A stretch of 64,000 nt of DNA from Candidatus Sericytochromatia bacterium (GTDB lineage: Bacteria; Cyanobacteriota; Sericytochromatia; S15B-MN24; UBA4093). Numbering within the stretch: position 1 is the stretch's first letter; each line of letters opens with the position of its first letter. Of this stretch, positions 1 to 10,633 are shown one piece after another. The notes beneath the pieces are model-generated. The model was not told where the DNA came from. It was given only the letters and a program-made list of their open reading frames with translations, and searched no databases. The DNA is taken from assembly GCA_036676495.1 (NCBI GenBank), contig JAKFCT010000091.1, positions 1 through 64,000 of the forward strand. Direction: 5' to 3'. Both the position numbers and the translations under genes were made by a program.

Positions 1-887
1 TTCACGGTGGGGGCGAGGACGGCGATCATGCCCTTGGAGTGGGCGAGGATGCCGGCGATGAAGTGGCGGGCGAGCTCGCTGAGGCCGTAGGGGTCGTTCG
101 CGTCGTAGAAGGCGTTCTCGCCGTTCTTGAAGAGGGACATGTGCGTGTGCATGCCCGAGCCGTTCACCCCGAAGATCGGCTTGGGCATGAACGTGCAGTG
201 CAGGTCGTGCCGCTGGGCCACCGCCTTGAGGGTGTAGCGGAAGGTGACGGCGTTGTCGGCCGTGCTGACGGCGTCGGCGTACTTGAAGTCGATCTCATGC
301 TGCCCCTGGGCCACCTCGTGGTGGGAGGTCTCGACCTCGATGCCCATGGCCTCGAGGGCGTTGGTCATGTCGGCGCGGACGTCCATGGCCAGATCGGTGG
401 AGAGGTCGAAGTAGCCGCCCTGGTCATGGGGCAGGGGCGCGACCTTGCCGGGCTCGCTGGAGCGGAAGAGGAAGAACTCCAGCTCGGGGCCGGTGTTGAA
501 CGTGAAGCCGAGGGCGTGGGCCTTGGATACCATGCGCTGGAGGGCTCCGCGGGGATCTCCGACGAAGGGGGTGCCGTCGGGGAGGAAGACGTTGCAGATC
601 ACGCGGGCGTGACGCTTGCCGGGAAGGGTATCCCAGGGGATCACCCGGAAGGTGCCGAGGTCGGGCAGCAGGAACATGTCGGACTCGGCGATCCGGGCGA
701 AGCCCTCGATGCTCGAGCCGTCGAACCACTTTCCGAAATCGATGGCGTCCTCGAACTGGGACAGGGGGATGGTGACGCTCTTCACGACGCCGAGCATGTC
801 GCAGAACTGGAGGTTGATGAACGACACGTCCGCTTCGCGGGCATGGGCCAGGATCGAGGTTTTGTCGCTGGAAGTCATGGTGAGCAT
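1..887 (-). CDS. glnA: Glutamine synthetase type I (5' part; runs off the left edge)
   Basis: Not in the ORF track. Minus-strand translation from ATG 887 (GGAGG RBS at 896-900) gives MLTMTSSDK...INLQFCDMLGVVKSVTIP...WFDGSSIEGFARIAESDMFL...HHEVAQGQHEIDF...TFMPKPIFGVNGSGMHTH, classic GS motifs. Confidence 0.96.
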   Translation of the reverse strand, partial: MLTMTSSDKTSILAHAREADVSFINLQFCDMLGVVKSVTIPLSQFEDAIDFGKWFDGSSIEGFARIAESDMFLLPDLGTFRVIPWDTLPGKRHARVICNVFLPDGTPFVGDPRGALQRMVSKAHALGFTFNTGPELEFFLFRSSEPGKVAPLPHDQGGYFDLSTDLAMDVRADMTNALEAMGIEVETSHHEVAQGQHEIDFKYADAVSTADNAVTFRYTLKAVAQRHDLHCTFMPKPIFGVNGSGMHTHMSLFKNGENAFYDANDPYGLSELARHFIAGILAHSKGMIAVLAPTV

Positions 888-1101
888 GCGGAGGTCCTCC
901 AAGCATGGGGGGGGAACTTCTGGAGCCTAACAACTGCTCGCTGAAGAGAGGCTGAAGATTATGCAACTTGCTCGAAGCCTTCGAGGGGGCGGGCGTCGTT
1001 CAATAGCGGAGGGCGCCCGGGGCGCGGGACTCCCCCCGCCGCGGTCGCTCGGTTGCTGATGGGGCGTGGAGCCGGGGTTCAAGGGGAGGGCAGGTGAATC
1101 C

Positions 1102-1710
1102 GTGAGGAAGAGCGAGCAGCTTTCGGGGATGCCGGTGCTTCGTCTGGGGCTGGGGCTATCGGTCATCTTGGCGCTGGCGTCGCCGCTTCGGGCCGAGGTT
1201 CAGTTGAGTCCCGAGCAGGAGCAGAAGGTTCGTTCGGGCGAGATCGTGGTGAAGATCGAGGGGACGGACCGCCCGGTGGTGGTGGTGGGGCTGGTGGAGG
1301 CGCCCCCCGATCAGACGTTTCGGGTGTACGCGGACTTCGCCAACTACGGGCGGATCTTCGGGTTGCCTGAGAGCGAGGTCACGCACCAGGAGGGCAATAC
1401 GGTGCTCGGGCGCTTCGCGGTGGACTTCCCGTGGCCCTTCGGTCGGCGCTGGACGCTCAACGAGGCGGTCGTGGAGCCGAAAGCGCGCAGCTTCACGTTC
1501 AAGCGGCGCGACGGATCGTTCAAGATCTACGAGGGCAGCCTGAAGGTCCTGCCGGAATCGCCGACGCGCAGCCGGGTGATCTACGCGGCCCGGATCGATC
1601 CGGATCTTCCGGTTCCTCCCTGGATCGTGCTCTGGGCGCAGGAGCGGGTCTTTCCCGAGGTGATCCGCAACGTCCGGAGCGTCCTGGCCAAGCAGCAAGC
1701 CAAGCCTTGA
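1102..1710 (+). CDS. Exported SRPBCC/START (polyketide cyclase-like) family protein
   Basis: Signal-peptide-like N-terminus; VEAPPDQTFRVYADFANY, GSFKIYEGS and PDLPVPPW pattern typical of SRPBCC. Start uncertain (1102 or 1129). Confidence 0.65.
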   Translation: MRKSEQLSGMPVLRLGLGLSVILALASPLRAEVQLSPEQEQKVRSGEIVVKIEGTDRPVVVVGLVEAPPDQTFRVYADFANYGRIFGLPESEVTHQEGNTVLGRFAVDFPWPFGRRWTLNEAVVEPKARSFTFKRRDGSFKIYEGSLKVLPESPTRSRVIYAARIDPDLPVPPWIVLWAQERVFPEVIRNVRSVLAKQQAKP

Positions 1711-1871
1711 GCGGCAAGCCCGATGGACGCCAGGGATCGGTAGTACTTGCGGTTTCCGACGATCGAGCAATCCTCTATCCTTCTGCCTGAGCCTCTCAGG
1801 GGCTCTGGGTGGGGCCGAGATGCGTCAATGGTGACCTTTCGGCCTCCCGCTCACGGAAGGAGGAAGCCGTC

Positions 1872-3968
1872 GTGATTGCCCGCATTCAACGCAGCTTGTC
1901 GCTGAAGATCTCCATCGTCCTGGCTGCCGTGCTGGCGCTCTTGCTGGGAGCGTTCAGTGTCATCGTCATCCGAGAAACCTCCGCGACCATGGAGCGGAGC
2001 ATCATGGAAAAGGGCGAGGGGATGGCCCACCATGGCGCGGTCATGGCCAGTCAGCTCCTCGAGCAAGCGATCCGCGACGGGAAGCTCAGCGTCGAGGACG
2101 TCTTCGACGAGGCCTACGTCGAGATTCCCGGCAGCCAGCCGAAACGCTTCCGGAGCCGCTTCGACAGCTTCACCGACCAGACCTTCCGGCGGATGCAGGA
2201 TACCTTCCTCAAGGACGAGACGGTCGTCTTCGCCGCGGCGGCGGATCGCAACGGCTACATCCCCACCCATAACACCCCGGCCATCGTGGACGGGAAGCAG
2301 CTCGAAGACCGGAGCAAGCGTCTTTTCAACGATCCCACCGGCCTCGGTGCCGCTCGGAACACCTCCAAGGATCTGCTGGTCCAGCTCTACACGCGGGACA
2401 CGGGCGAGGTGATGTGGGACCTCTCGAGCCCGATCACGGTCGAAGGCCGCCACTGGGGCGCCTTCCGCCTGGGCTTCTCCAAGTCGAAGCTCGACGCGCA
2501 GGTGATGGGCTTCGTCTGGCGCACCTCCCTGATGTCGGTGCTCGTGGTGCTGGTGCTCTGCTCGGTGATCTTCCTGATGCTGCGCGGGGCGCTCCGGCCC
2601 CTGGACGGCATGGTCTGCGCCATCGAGGCGATCGCCCAGGGGGACCTCTCGCGGGACGTCGTGGGCAAGGGCCATGACGAGATCGGCCGGATCGCCCAGA
2701 GCTTGCGCCTGATGACCAAGAACCTCCGCGAGATCGTCGGACGCGTCCGGGGCGTGGCCGGAGAGCTGTCCGGCGAAGCCGATCAACTCTCGGCCAGTGC
2801 CTCCCAGATGCGCCACGCGGCGAACGCCCAGGCGGCTGGGGTGGAGGAGACCTCCAGCTCGATGGAGGAGATGGCGGCAAGCATCACCCAGGTGGCGGGC
2901 AACGCGCATTCCCTGGCGGCGTCGGTGGAGGAGACCTCCAGCAGCATTGAGGAGATGACTTCGAGCATCCGCCAGGTGGCAGGGCACGCCGAGACCCTGT
3001 CGGCGGCGGTGTCGCAGACCTCGGCCAGCATCGAGGAGATGGCCGCCTCGGTCAAGCAGGTGGCCGGCAACGTCGCCGAGGCGAGCCATGCGGCCGAGCA
3101 AGCCGCGGACGTGGCCCACGAGGGCCGGCGGGCGGTGGAGCAGAGCGTGGCCGGCATGGGCCGGATCCGCGCGGTCATGAACGACGTCGTCACGGTGATC
3201 GGCACCCTCGACAAGTCCTCCGAGGAGATCGGCGCGATCATCGCGGTGATCGACGACATCGCCGAGCAGACCAATTTGCTTGCCCTCAACGCGGCCATCG
3301 AGGCGGCGCGGGCCGGCGAGCACGGCCGCGGCTTCGCGGTGGTCGCCGACGAGGTCCGCAAGCTCGCCGAGCGCTCCGCCAAGGCCACCGGCGAGATCGC
3401 GACGCTCATCAAGGGGATTCAAAAGGAGGCCGAGCAGGCCGTCACCAGCACGGAGCAGGGAAGCACCGCCATCGCCGAGGGCACGAAGCTCGCCGAGATG
3501 GCCGGAGAGGCCCTCTCGAAGATCGTGGGCTCGGTGGATCGGGTCTCGACCCAGATGACGCAGATCGCCCAGGCGGCCGACGAGCAGAGCCGTGCGGCTG
3601 CTCAGATCACCGAGGCGGTGGAGTCGATGAACCGGCTCACCCAGCAGGTGATGGTGGCGACGCATGAGCAAGCCCAAGGCTCGGAGCAGATCGTCCGGGC
3701 AGTGGAGACCATGAACCGGATGACCCAGCAGGTGGGCACCGCCACGACCGAGCAGAAGAAGGGCGGGGAACTCGTCGTCGCAGCGGTGGAGAACATCAAC
3801 CGCTCGGCACAGGAAGCGGCGCAGGCCACGGAGACGGTGGTGCATGCGGCGTCGGATCTGCAGCAGGAGGCGCGGCAGCTGATGGAGGCGATCGCCTTCT
3901 TCAAGGGGCTCCCCGCGCCTGCCCCGGAGACCCGGATCGATTCACGGGCCCTGCCCCTCATCCGCTAG
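1872..3968 (+). CDS. Methyl-accepting chemotaxis protein (2 TM, extracytoplasmic sensor, HAMP, long signalling domain)
   Basis: [40 protein letters not shown] signature; GTG 1872 after AGGAGG. Confidence 0.95.
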   Translation: MIARIQRSLSLKISIVLAAVLALLLGAFSVIVIRETSATMERSIMEKGEGMAHHGAVMASQLLEQAIRDGKLSVEDVFDEAYVEIPGSQPKRFRSRFDSFTDQTFRRMQDTFLKDETVVFAAAADRNGYIPTHNTPAIVDGKQLEDRSKRLFNDPTGLGAARNTSKDLLVQLYTRDTGEVMWDLSSPITVEGRHWGAFRLGFSKSKLDAQVMGFVWRTSLMSVLVVLVLCSVIFLMLRGALRPLDGMVCAIEAIAQGDLSRDVVGKGHDEIGRIAQSLRLMTKNLREIVGRVRGVAGELSGEADQLSASASQMRHAANAQAAGVEETSSSMEEMAASITQVAGNAHSLAASVEETSSSIEEMTSSIRQVAGHAETLSAAVSQTSASIEEMAASVKQVAGNVAEASHAAEQAADVAHEGRRAVEQSVAGMGRIRAVMNDVVTVIGTLDKSSEEIGAIIAVIDDIAEQTNLLALNAAIEAARAGEHGRGFAVVADEVRKLAERSAKATGEIATLIKGIQKEAEQAVTSTEQGSTAIAEGTKLAEMAGEALSKIVGSVDRVSTQMTQIAQAADEQSRAAAQITEAVESMNRLTQQVMVATHEQAQGSEQIVRAVETMNRMTQQVGTATTEQKKGGELVVAAVENINRSAQEAAQATETVVHAASDLQQEARQLMEAIAFFKGLPAPAPETRIDSRALPLIR

Positions 3969-4034
3969 CGCGGCCGACGGCACGGCCGACGGCGCGTCCG
4001 CAGCGGAACGCCCGTCGCGAGCCTCCCCCGAATT

Positions 4035-4070
4035 CGCAAGCCCTCCGTTTCGGAGGGCTTGCGTTTTATT
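4035..4070 (+). terminator. Intrinsic terminator
   Basis: CGCAAGCCCTCCG-ttt-CGGAGGGCTTGCG followed by TTTTATT. Confidence 0.85.
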
Positions 4071-4261
4071 AATCTATGACCTGGATCAGTTACGGGGTTT
4101 TCAAGGGATGGTATATCCCCTCTTGATCCCCTTGTTGCCTGTTTTCACGGGGGAGTGGAGCCACGGAGATCCGTGGAGAGCGCTTGGTCCGGCGGCTTGC
4201 TGGTGTCCGGTAGTCTTGCGCCCGAACGTTCGTCCGGCGATCGCCCGGAGAGGGAGCCTGC

Positions 4262-6403
4262 ATGTTCAATCGGATTCGTCGGAGTCTGGCGCTCAAGGTC
4301 ACCTGGATGCTCGTCCTGGCGCTCGGAGTGCTGCTGAGCGTCTTCATCGGGCTGGTCATCCAGCGAACGGCGGCCTTGATCGAGGACAACCTCCTCTCCA
4401 AGGGAAAGGGCATGGCGCATCAGGGGGCGGTGGTCGTCTCCCAGATCTTCGAGTCCGCCATCGCCAACGGCGAGCTGACGCTCGAGGATGCCTTCGACGA
4501 GAACTACGTCGCGATCCCGGGAACCGAGCCGGCGAAGTACCGCACGCGCTTCGACGCCTTCACCGACAAGGCCTTCCTGACGTTCGAGGACACCTTCATC
4601 AAGGACCCGCAGGTGATCTTCGCGGCGGCGGCCGATCGCAACGGCTACATCCCCACCCATAACAGCAAGTTCTCTCCGGCGCTGACCGGCGACGTCTCGA
4701 AGGACATGGCCAACCGTACCAAGCGTCTCTTCAACGATCCCGTGGGCCTCTCGGCGGCGCGAAACACCGCGGAGGAAACCCTCGTTCAACTCTACAAGCG
4801 CGATACCGGCGAGGTCATGTGGGACATCTCCAGTCCCATCATCGTCCAGGGGCGCCACTGGGGCGCCTTTCGGGTCGGATTCTCCAAGGCCACCATCGAT
4901 GCCCTCATCGCGGACTTCGTGATGCGCATGGTGCTGACGGCGCTCGGCATCGTGCTCTTGCTGAGCCTGTCGATCTACTTCCTGTTGAAGCGCTCCCTCA
5001 AGCCGCTCGGCGAGATGGTCGGCGCGATCGAGCGCATCGCCGAGGGGGACCTGGATCAGCGCGTGGAGGTCCGCAGCCAGGACGAGATCGGCGTGATGGC
5101 CAAGGACTTCAACGGCATGGTGGCTTACCTTCACGAGGTGGCGGCGATCGCCGGAGCGATCGGCCAGGGCGACATGACCCGCACGCTGGTCCCCAAGAGC
5201 GAGCGGGATCAGTTCGGCCGCGCCATCTCCCAGATGGTCGGCAACCTCGGGGGCATCATCCGCCAGGTCCGGGAGGTTTCCGGCCAGGTCTCGGAGTCCT
5301 CGAGCCAGACCCGCATGGCGGTGAACCAGACCTCCGAGGCCATGGAGCTAGTCGCGGCCTCGATCGCCCAGGTCTCGGACAATGCCCAGAGCTTGGCGGT
5401 CGCGGTGGAGGAGACGTCCAGCAGCATCGAGGAGATGGCGGCCAGCATCCAGCAGGTGGCGGGCAACGCGGATACCCTGGGGGCGGCGGTCTCGCAGACC
5501 TCGGCCAGCATCGAGGAGATGGCGGCCTCGGTCAAGCAGGTGGCCGGCAACGTGGCGGAGGCCAACCGGGTCGCCGAACACTCCTCCACCGTGGCGCAGG
5601 AGGGCCGTCAGGCCGTCGAGCAGACCATCTCCGGCATGCAGCGGATCAACGTGGCCATGTCCGACGTCGTCTCGGTGATCGAGCGGCTCGGCAACTCCTC
5701 GGAGGAGATCGGGGCGATCGTCTCGGTGATCGACGACATCGCCGAGCAGACCAATTTGCTGGCCCTCAACGCGGCGATCGAGGCGGCGCGGGCCGGAGAG
5801 CACGGCCGGGGCTTCGCGGTGGTCGCCGACGAGGTCCGCAAGCTGGCCGAGCGCTCGGCCCAGGCCACGGGCGAGATCGCGACGCTCATCAAGGGGATCC
5901 AGAAGGAGACCGAGCATGCGGTGGCGAGCACCCAGCATGGCAGCTCGGCGATCGCCCGGGGAACCCAGCTCGCCCAGAGCGCCGGGGAGTCGCTGGGGGC
6001 GATCGTGACCGCCGTCGGCCAGGTCTCCACGCTCATGCAGCAGATCGCCCAGGCGACGAGCGAGCAGGATCGGGCGGCTTCCCAGATCACCCAGGCGGTG
6101 AGCGCCATGAGCGCGCTCACGCATCAGGTGACGGCGGCCACCCATGAGCAGGCCAAGGGCTCCGAGCAGATCATCAAGGCCGTCGAGTCCATGAACCGGA
6201 TGACCCAGCAGGTCAGCTCCGCGACCTCCGAGCAGCGGCAGGGCGGTGAGCGGGTGGTTCAGGCGGTCTCGAACATCAGCCGCCTGGCCGGGGATCTCCA
6301 GGGCGAGGCCCATCGTCTGCTCGACGAGGTCTCGGTCTTCCAGCTCGAGGGCGCCACCTTGAGGGTTCCTGCAGCCCCTCCGGCCCTGCGAGCGGGGCAT
6401 TGA
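4262..6403 (+). CDS. Methyl-accepting chemotaxis protein, tandem paralogue of the upstream MCP
   Basis: Same MCP signature and the same sensor domain ([15 protein letters not shown]...RDTGEVMWD...GRHWGAFR); two HAMP-like segments. Confidence 0.95.
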   Translation: MFNRIRRSLALKVTWMLVLALGVLLSVFIGLVIQRTAALIEDNLLSKGKGMAHQGAVVVSQIFESAIANGELTLEDAFDENYVAIPGTEPAKYRTRFDAFTDKAFLTFEDTFIKDPQVIFAAAADRNGYIPTHNSKFSPALTGDVSKDMANRTKRLFNDPVGLSAARNTAEETLVQLYKRDTGEVMWDISSPIIVQGRHWGAFRVGFSKATIDALIADFVMRMVLTALGIVLLLSLSIYFLLKRSLKPLGEMVGAIERIAEGDLDQRVEVRSQDEIGVMAKDFNGMVAYLHEVAAIAGAIGQGDMTRTLVPKSERDQFGRAISQMVGNLGGIIRQVREVSGQVSESSSQTRMAVNQTSEAMELVAASIAQVSDNAQSLAVAVEETSSSIEEMAASIQQVAGNADTLGAAVSQTSASIEEMAASVKQVAGNVAEANRVAEHSSTVAQEGRQAVEQTISGMQRINVAMSDVVSVIERLGNSSEEIGAIVSVIDDIAEQTNLLALNAAIEAARAGEHGRGFAVVADEVRKLAERSAQATGEIATLIKGIQKETEHAVASTQHGSSAIARGTQLAQSAGESLGAIVTAVGQVSTLMQQIAQATSEQDRAASQITQAVSAMSALTHQVTAATHEQAKGSEQIIKAVESMNRMTQQVSSATSEQRQGGERVVQAVSNISRLAGDLQGEAHRLLDEVSVFQLEGATLRVPAAPPALRAGH

Positions 6404-6455
6404 TCGCCTAAACCCAGGGGCCTCAACGCTCCCTGACGCTCGCGAGAGGCGCGCT

Positions 6456-7169
6456 TCAGGACTCGGGCAGCTTCAACCAGTACCCCCTCCGCGCGAACTG
6501 GAGCAGTTCGGGCTTGGAGGGGGTTTTCTCCAGCTTGCGGCGCAGGTTTCGGATGTGCGTGTGGACGAGCTGCGGGTTGCCGAGGCCGGGCGCCATGCCC
6601 AGGGCCTCGACGAGCAGGGTCTGGGTGGTGGCGGGGGCGTCCGGATGCGCGGCGAGGTAGCAGAGAATGGCGTACTCGGAGGGAGTGAGCTCGGCATTCG
6701 TTTCCCCCAGCTCCACGGTATGCGTTCTGGGGTCCAACTTCAGCCGGTGCTGGGCTTTGCCGGCTTCGACGGGCTCGCTCTGGGCGGCGAGACGCCGGAA
6801 GCGGGGGCGCAGGTGGGCTTGAAGGCGGTACTGGAACTCCAGGGCGTCGATGGGCTTGGTCAAGACGTCGTTGGCGCCGGCTTCGAAGGCCTGGTACTTC
6901 TGGGCGGTCGTCCGGGTGAGCACGACGAGGGGAGTGTCGAGGAAGGGGGCGATCGCCCTCAGTCGGCGGACGACGAGGAGCCCGTCCATGCCCGTGACCT
7001 CCGCATCGACCACGATCAGATCCGGCAGGATCTCCTGGGCGAGCCGAAAGCCGTCGGTGCCGGTGGGAGCGAGCGTGGTCGTGACCGGTCCCACCTTGGC
7101 GAGCCAAAAGGAGAGGAGCCGGGCCAGCTCCGGATCTCCTTCCACCAGCAGGATCTTCGCCTTGCGCAA
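6456..7169 (-). CDS. OmpR/PhoB-family response regulator
   Basis: KILLVEGD...PDLIVVDAEVTGMDG...FEAGANDVLTKP receiver; LTPSEYAIL...VHTHIRNLRRKLE...RRGY winged helix. TTG 7169 after GGGAGG. Confidence 0.9.
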   Translation of the reverse strand: MRKAKILLVEGDPELARLLSFWLAKVGPVTTTLAPTGTDGFRLAQEILPDLIVVDAEVTGMDGLLVVRRLRAIAPFLDTPLVVLTRTTAQKYQAFEAGANDVLTKPIDALEFQYRLQAHLRPRFRRLAAQSEPVEAGKAQHRLKLDPRTHTVELGETNAELTPSEYAILCYLAAHPDAPATTQTLLVEALGMAPGLGNPQLVHTHIRNLRRKLEKTPSKPELLQFARRGYWLKLPES

Positions 7170-7319
7170 GCTCGCTTCCTCCCTTTGACTCCATCTTAGA
7201 GCAAAAAATGCGGGGGATTTCATCCGACCCCTCGGAACTTGGCCTCGAGGTGGGAACAATATGATTACACGGAAGCTTTGCGTTTGATTATCATGCGGGG
7301 AGCAGGGAGGGAGAGCGCC

Positions 7320-7814
7320 ATGGACATCAAGCAGAACCCAGGGGGGCTGATCAAGCCCATCGTGCCGCAGCCGGATCTCGGGAAGATCGGAGATCCCGTG
7401 CCGAGGTTCCCCCACCCGGACCTCCCGCTGCCGAACCTGCCGGGGCCGATCCGGCGGCCGGATCGCGATCGCATGGAGTTCAAGAGCCGGGACGAGGACA
7501 AGAACGGCGTCTTGACCTCCGACGAGTACGGCGTGGGCAAGAAGAAGCAGGCGGAGTTCCAGCGCTACGACACCAACGATGACGGCAAGGTGACCATGCG
7601 GGAGTTCAAGGTGGGGCGCCTGCTGGATCGGCTGCGCAGCGGCAAGGTGAAGCCGATGCCGTTCCCGGGCCCCTTCCCGCTGCCGGATCCGATTCCCATG
7701 CCGCGCCCCTGGCCAGGCCCGCTACCGGATCGTGGGCCGGTCTTCCTAGCGGGCGCGAGCGATCTCTCGAGCCTGGTCGACAAGGTCAAGAAAGCCCAGG
7801 AAGAAGGAAAGTAG
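7320..7814 (+). CDS. Proline-rich EF-hand pair protein
   Basis: DEDKNGVLTSDE and DTNDDGKVTMRE EF-hand loops flanked by Pro-rich segments; RBS upstream of ATG 7320. Confidence 0.75.
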   Translation: MDIKQNPGGLIKPIVPQPDLGKIGDPVPRFPHPDLPLPNLPGPIRRPDRDRMEFKSRDEDKNGVLTSDEYGVGKKKQAEFQRYDTNDDGKVTMREFKVGRLLDRLRSGKVKPMPFPGPFPLPDPIPMPRPWPGPLPDRGPVFLAGASDLSSLVDKVKKAQEEGK

Positions 7815-7821
7815 CTTGAAG

Positions 7822-7856
7822 CGACGCGGGGCCCTCGTGGGCCCCGCGTCGTTTCT
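7822..7856 (+). terminator. Intrinsic terminator
   Basis: CGACGCGGGGCCC-tcgt-GGGCCCCGCGTCG then TTTCT, just after the stop codon. Confidence 0.75.
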
Positions 7857-7985
7857 CCATGGGCCGGGACGCCCGCGCCGTGACGCCTGCGCTGGGGCGG
7901 GCATTCGCTTGATCAGGGGGCGTGATGGCGGTAAGATGGGGGGAATGACAGCCCGTGCTGGGCGAAGTCCACCTGAGGAGCCCGT

Positions 7986-10523
7986 ATGCTTCAAAGTTCC
8001 GTCGCTACCAAGGTGCAACTGGTCGTCGTGCCTCATGCCCACGGGGCCCGTGAGGGAGCGCTTCCCTTCGAGCATGCCCGCCTCAACCGGGTGCGCCTGA
8101 TCGATCGCTTGCTCGAGATCTTCGCCACCGATCCGGAGTACACGCACTTCCTGCTCGATGTGCAGACCGTCATCCTCGAGGACTACCTGGAGGTGCGTCC
8201 CGAGAAGGAAGCCATCTTGCGGGAGCTGATCTCGGCGGGCAAGCTGACGGTGGGACCCTGGTACGTCCAGCCCGAGGAGTCGCTGGTGAGCGGCGAGTCG
8301 CTGGTCCGCAACCTCCAGATCGGCGTCGGGAGCGCCCGTCGTTTCGGACGGGCCATGGAGCTGGGCATGCTCGCGGGCTCGTTCGGCCATGCCGCCCAGC
8401 TGCCCCAGGTCTTCGCGGGCTTCGGCTTCGAGTCGGGCTGCGTCTGGGGCGGTCAGCCCGAGGCCTGGATCTGGGAAGCCCTCGACGGCTCGCCCATCAC
8501 GCTGCATCACCTGAAGCCGAGCTTCGACATGCCCGAGGACTTCGAAGAGGCCCTCATGGCCCTGGATCGCGAGGCGGAGATGCCGGGCTTCGGCCGGATT
8601 CGCGTCCTCCTGGCCGAAGGCGTGCCCGAGCCTGACTTCCCGCGCTACTTCCACTCCCTCAACCGCAGCCGCAGCCGCGAGTGGGAAATCGTGCAGGCGT
8701 CTCTGCCCGAGGCGATCGCCCGGGCCCGCCGCGACCTCGGAGCGCTGGAGACCCGCGCGGGCGAGCTGCGCGAGTCCAACCAGACCGGCATCCTTTCCGC
8801 GCGCATTCCGCTCAAGATGCGCAACGCCAAGGCGCAGACCATGCTCGAGCGCTGGGTCGAGCCCTTCTCGGCCTTCGCCTCCTTGGCCGGCCGCGACTAC
8901 CCCCAGGCCATGATCAAGCACGCCTGGAAGCTGCTGCTCCAGAACCATGCCCAGCCCGCCCTCGGCGGCAGCGCCGGCGACGAGACCCAGCGCCAGATGC
9001 TCACCCGCTTCGAGCGCCTCGAGGTGCTCAGCCAGACTCTGCGCGACGAAGCCTTCATGACCCTTCAGGGGGAGATCACCAAGGGCCGGGCCGGCATCTC
9101 CGGACTCTCCGGCGCTGGCGCTCCCGGTCCCGACGTGCTTCGCCAGGAGGGCCTGCGCCTCTACAACCCCCATCCCTGGGAGCACCTGGCTCCGGTGGAG
9201 ACGACCTTCACCCTCGATGCCCATCCCTTCGAGAATCCGAGCGCGCCGGTGCCGCTCTTCTCCCTGCTGGACGAAGAGGGCCTGCCCCTCGCTTACGAGA
9301 TCCTCTCCATGGAGCATGGCAGCCGGCCTGATGCCGACGGGGAGGTTCCGACCGTCACGCTGCGGATCCGCCTGGTGGCGACCCTTCCGCCGCTCGGCTA
9401 CCGGACCCTCAAGATCGAGCGCGAGCTGGGCGACCAGCCTCGCCATCCCGAGCTCTACCATGGCTCGGACTGGATCGAGAACCGCTACTTCAAGGTTCGC
9501 ATCCTCGCTGGAGGCATCGAGCTCTTCGACAAGACCCTCGAGGAACGGATCGTCCATACCTTCGAGGATCGTGCCGATCAGGGCGACGCCGATGCCTTCA
9601 TGGCGCTTCCCGGCGATGATCCCGTCGATTCTCTCACCTGGGAATGGGATTCCTGGCAGATCGTCCACGCCGGCTCCTCGCTGCGCCTCCTGCTGAAGGG
9701 CACGTGGGCCCTTCCCCAGGGCCTCTCGCAGAACCGGACGGAGCGGGACGGGAACGCGCCGCTGCATGTGCAGATGGCGATCGCCCTGCATGCCGGCATC
9801 CGGCGGGTCGAGGTGGAGACCACCTTCGCCAACCGCAGCGGCGACCATCGCCTGCGCGCGGCCTTCCAGACCCCGGACGCCATCGAGCAGACGCATGCCG
9901 ACACCGCGTTCGGCTGGGTGACGCGCTCCAGCCTCACTCCGGAGCGCAGCACCTTCCCCATGCAGTCTCAGGTGCTGATCGAGCGTCCCGAAGGCCTCGC
10001 CGGCCTGGCCGCCGTCGGCCTCCACGAGCTGGAAGCCCAGGGCAAGACGCTCTATTTGACGCTGCTGAGGGCCTTCGGCCGCCAGGACCGGCGCTCCGTA
10101 CCCGAGGCGCAGTGCCACGGCACCCATACCTATCGCTACGCCTGGGTCTCGCAGGATGCCGACGAGCCTTTCGGCATGGCGATTCGCCGGGGCCAGGAGT
10201 TCGTGGTCCCCGCCATGGCGAGCCCCCTGGCGGAGTGGAAGGGCCACCGCTTGGCGGAGCTGGTCGAGGTCGATCAGCCGGCGTGGCAGTTCAGCTCCCT
10301 GAAGCGCAGCGAATCCGGCAAGCACCTGGTCTTGCGGGTCTTCAACGCGAGCCCCGAGGCGCAGGCCGGAACGGTGCACTTCGGCTTCCCGGTCGATCGC
10401 GTCGTCGCCGCTCGCATCGACGAGGCTCCCGGCGAGGAGCTGCCGCTGGGCCCCCGCCAGTTCACGGCGGAGCTTCGCCCCTACGAAGTGGCGACCTTCC
10501 TGGTGGTTCCCCGGAGCCGCTAG
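7986..10523 (+). CDS. Glycoside hydrolase family 38 (alpha-mannosidase, MngB-like) homologue with degenerate catalytic motifs
   Basis: FLLDVQTVILEDYLE, GPWYVQPEESLVSGESLVRNL, SFGHAAQLPQ, DHRLRAAF, LTLLRA, SSLKRSE...LVLRVFN match GH38 N-, middle and C-terminal domains. Confidence 0.88.
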   Translation: MLQSSVATKVQLVVVPHAHGAREGALPFEHARLNRVRLIDRLLEIFATDPEYTHFLLDVQTVILEDYLEVRPEKEAILRELISAGKLTVGPWYVQPEESLVSGESLVRNLQIGVGSARRFGRAMELGMLAGSFGHAAQLPQVFAGFGFESGCVWGGQPEAWIWEALDGSPITLHHLKPSFDMPEDFEEALMALDREAEMPGFGRIRVLLAEGVPEPDFPRYFHSLNRSRSREWEIVQASLPEAIARARRDLGALETRAGELRESNQTGILSARIPLKMRNAKAQTMLERWVEPFSAFASLAGRDYPQAMIKHAWKLLLQNHAQPALGGSAGDETQRQMLTRFERLEVLSQTLRDEAFMTLQGEITKGRAGISGLSGAGAPGPDVLRQEGLRLYNPHPWEHLAPVETTFTLDAHPFENPSAPVPLFSLLDEEGLPLAYEILSMEHGSRPDADGEVPTVTLRIRLVATLPPLGYRTLKIERELGDQPRHPELYHGSDWIENRYFKVRILAGGIELFDKTLEERIVHTFEDRADQGDADAFMALPGDDPVDSLTWEWDSWQIVHAGSSLRLLLKGTWALPQGLSQNRTERDGNAPLHVQMAIALHAGIRRVEVETTFANRSGDHRLRAAFQTPDAIEQTHADTAFGWVTRSSLTPERSTFPMQSQVLIERPEGLAGLAAVGLHELEAQGKTLYLTLLRAFGRQDRRSVPEAQCHGTHTYRYAWVSQDADEPFGMAIRRGQEFVVPAMASPLAEWKGHRLAELVEVDQPAWQFSSLKRSESGKHLVLRVFNASPEAQAGTVHFGFPVDRVVAARIDEAPGEELPLGPRQFTAELRPYEVATFLVVPRSR

Positions 10524-10633
10524 CCCCGTAGCGCCTGCGGCTGTTTCGGAAGGCAGCGAGAGATAGCCGTGACCCTGACCGTATCAGGGTGGAAGTTACC
10601 TCTCGCTGTCCTGTAGAAACGACGTTGACTCTT

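Noticed and set aside
39-944. 301-aa plus-strand ORF in the track
   Set aside because: Antisense to glnA, which is the real gene but is missing from the track because its stop lies outside the window.
2840-6230. Near-identical nucleotide blocks among MCP genes as a mobile or recombination repeat
   Set aside because: Explained by the conserved MCP signalling domain and internal heptad repeats.
7986-10523. GH38 pseudogene
   Set aside because: Reading frame is intact and full length with normal codon bias; treated as a possible pseudoenzyme instead.
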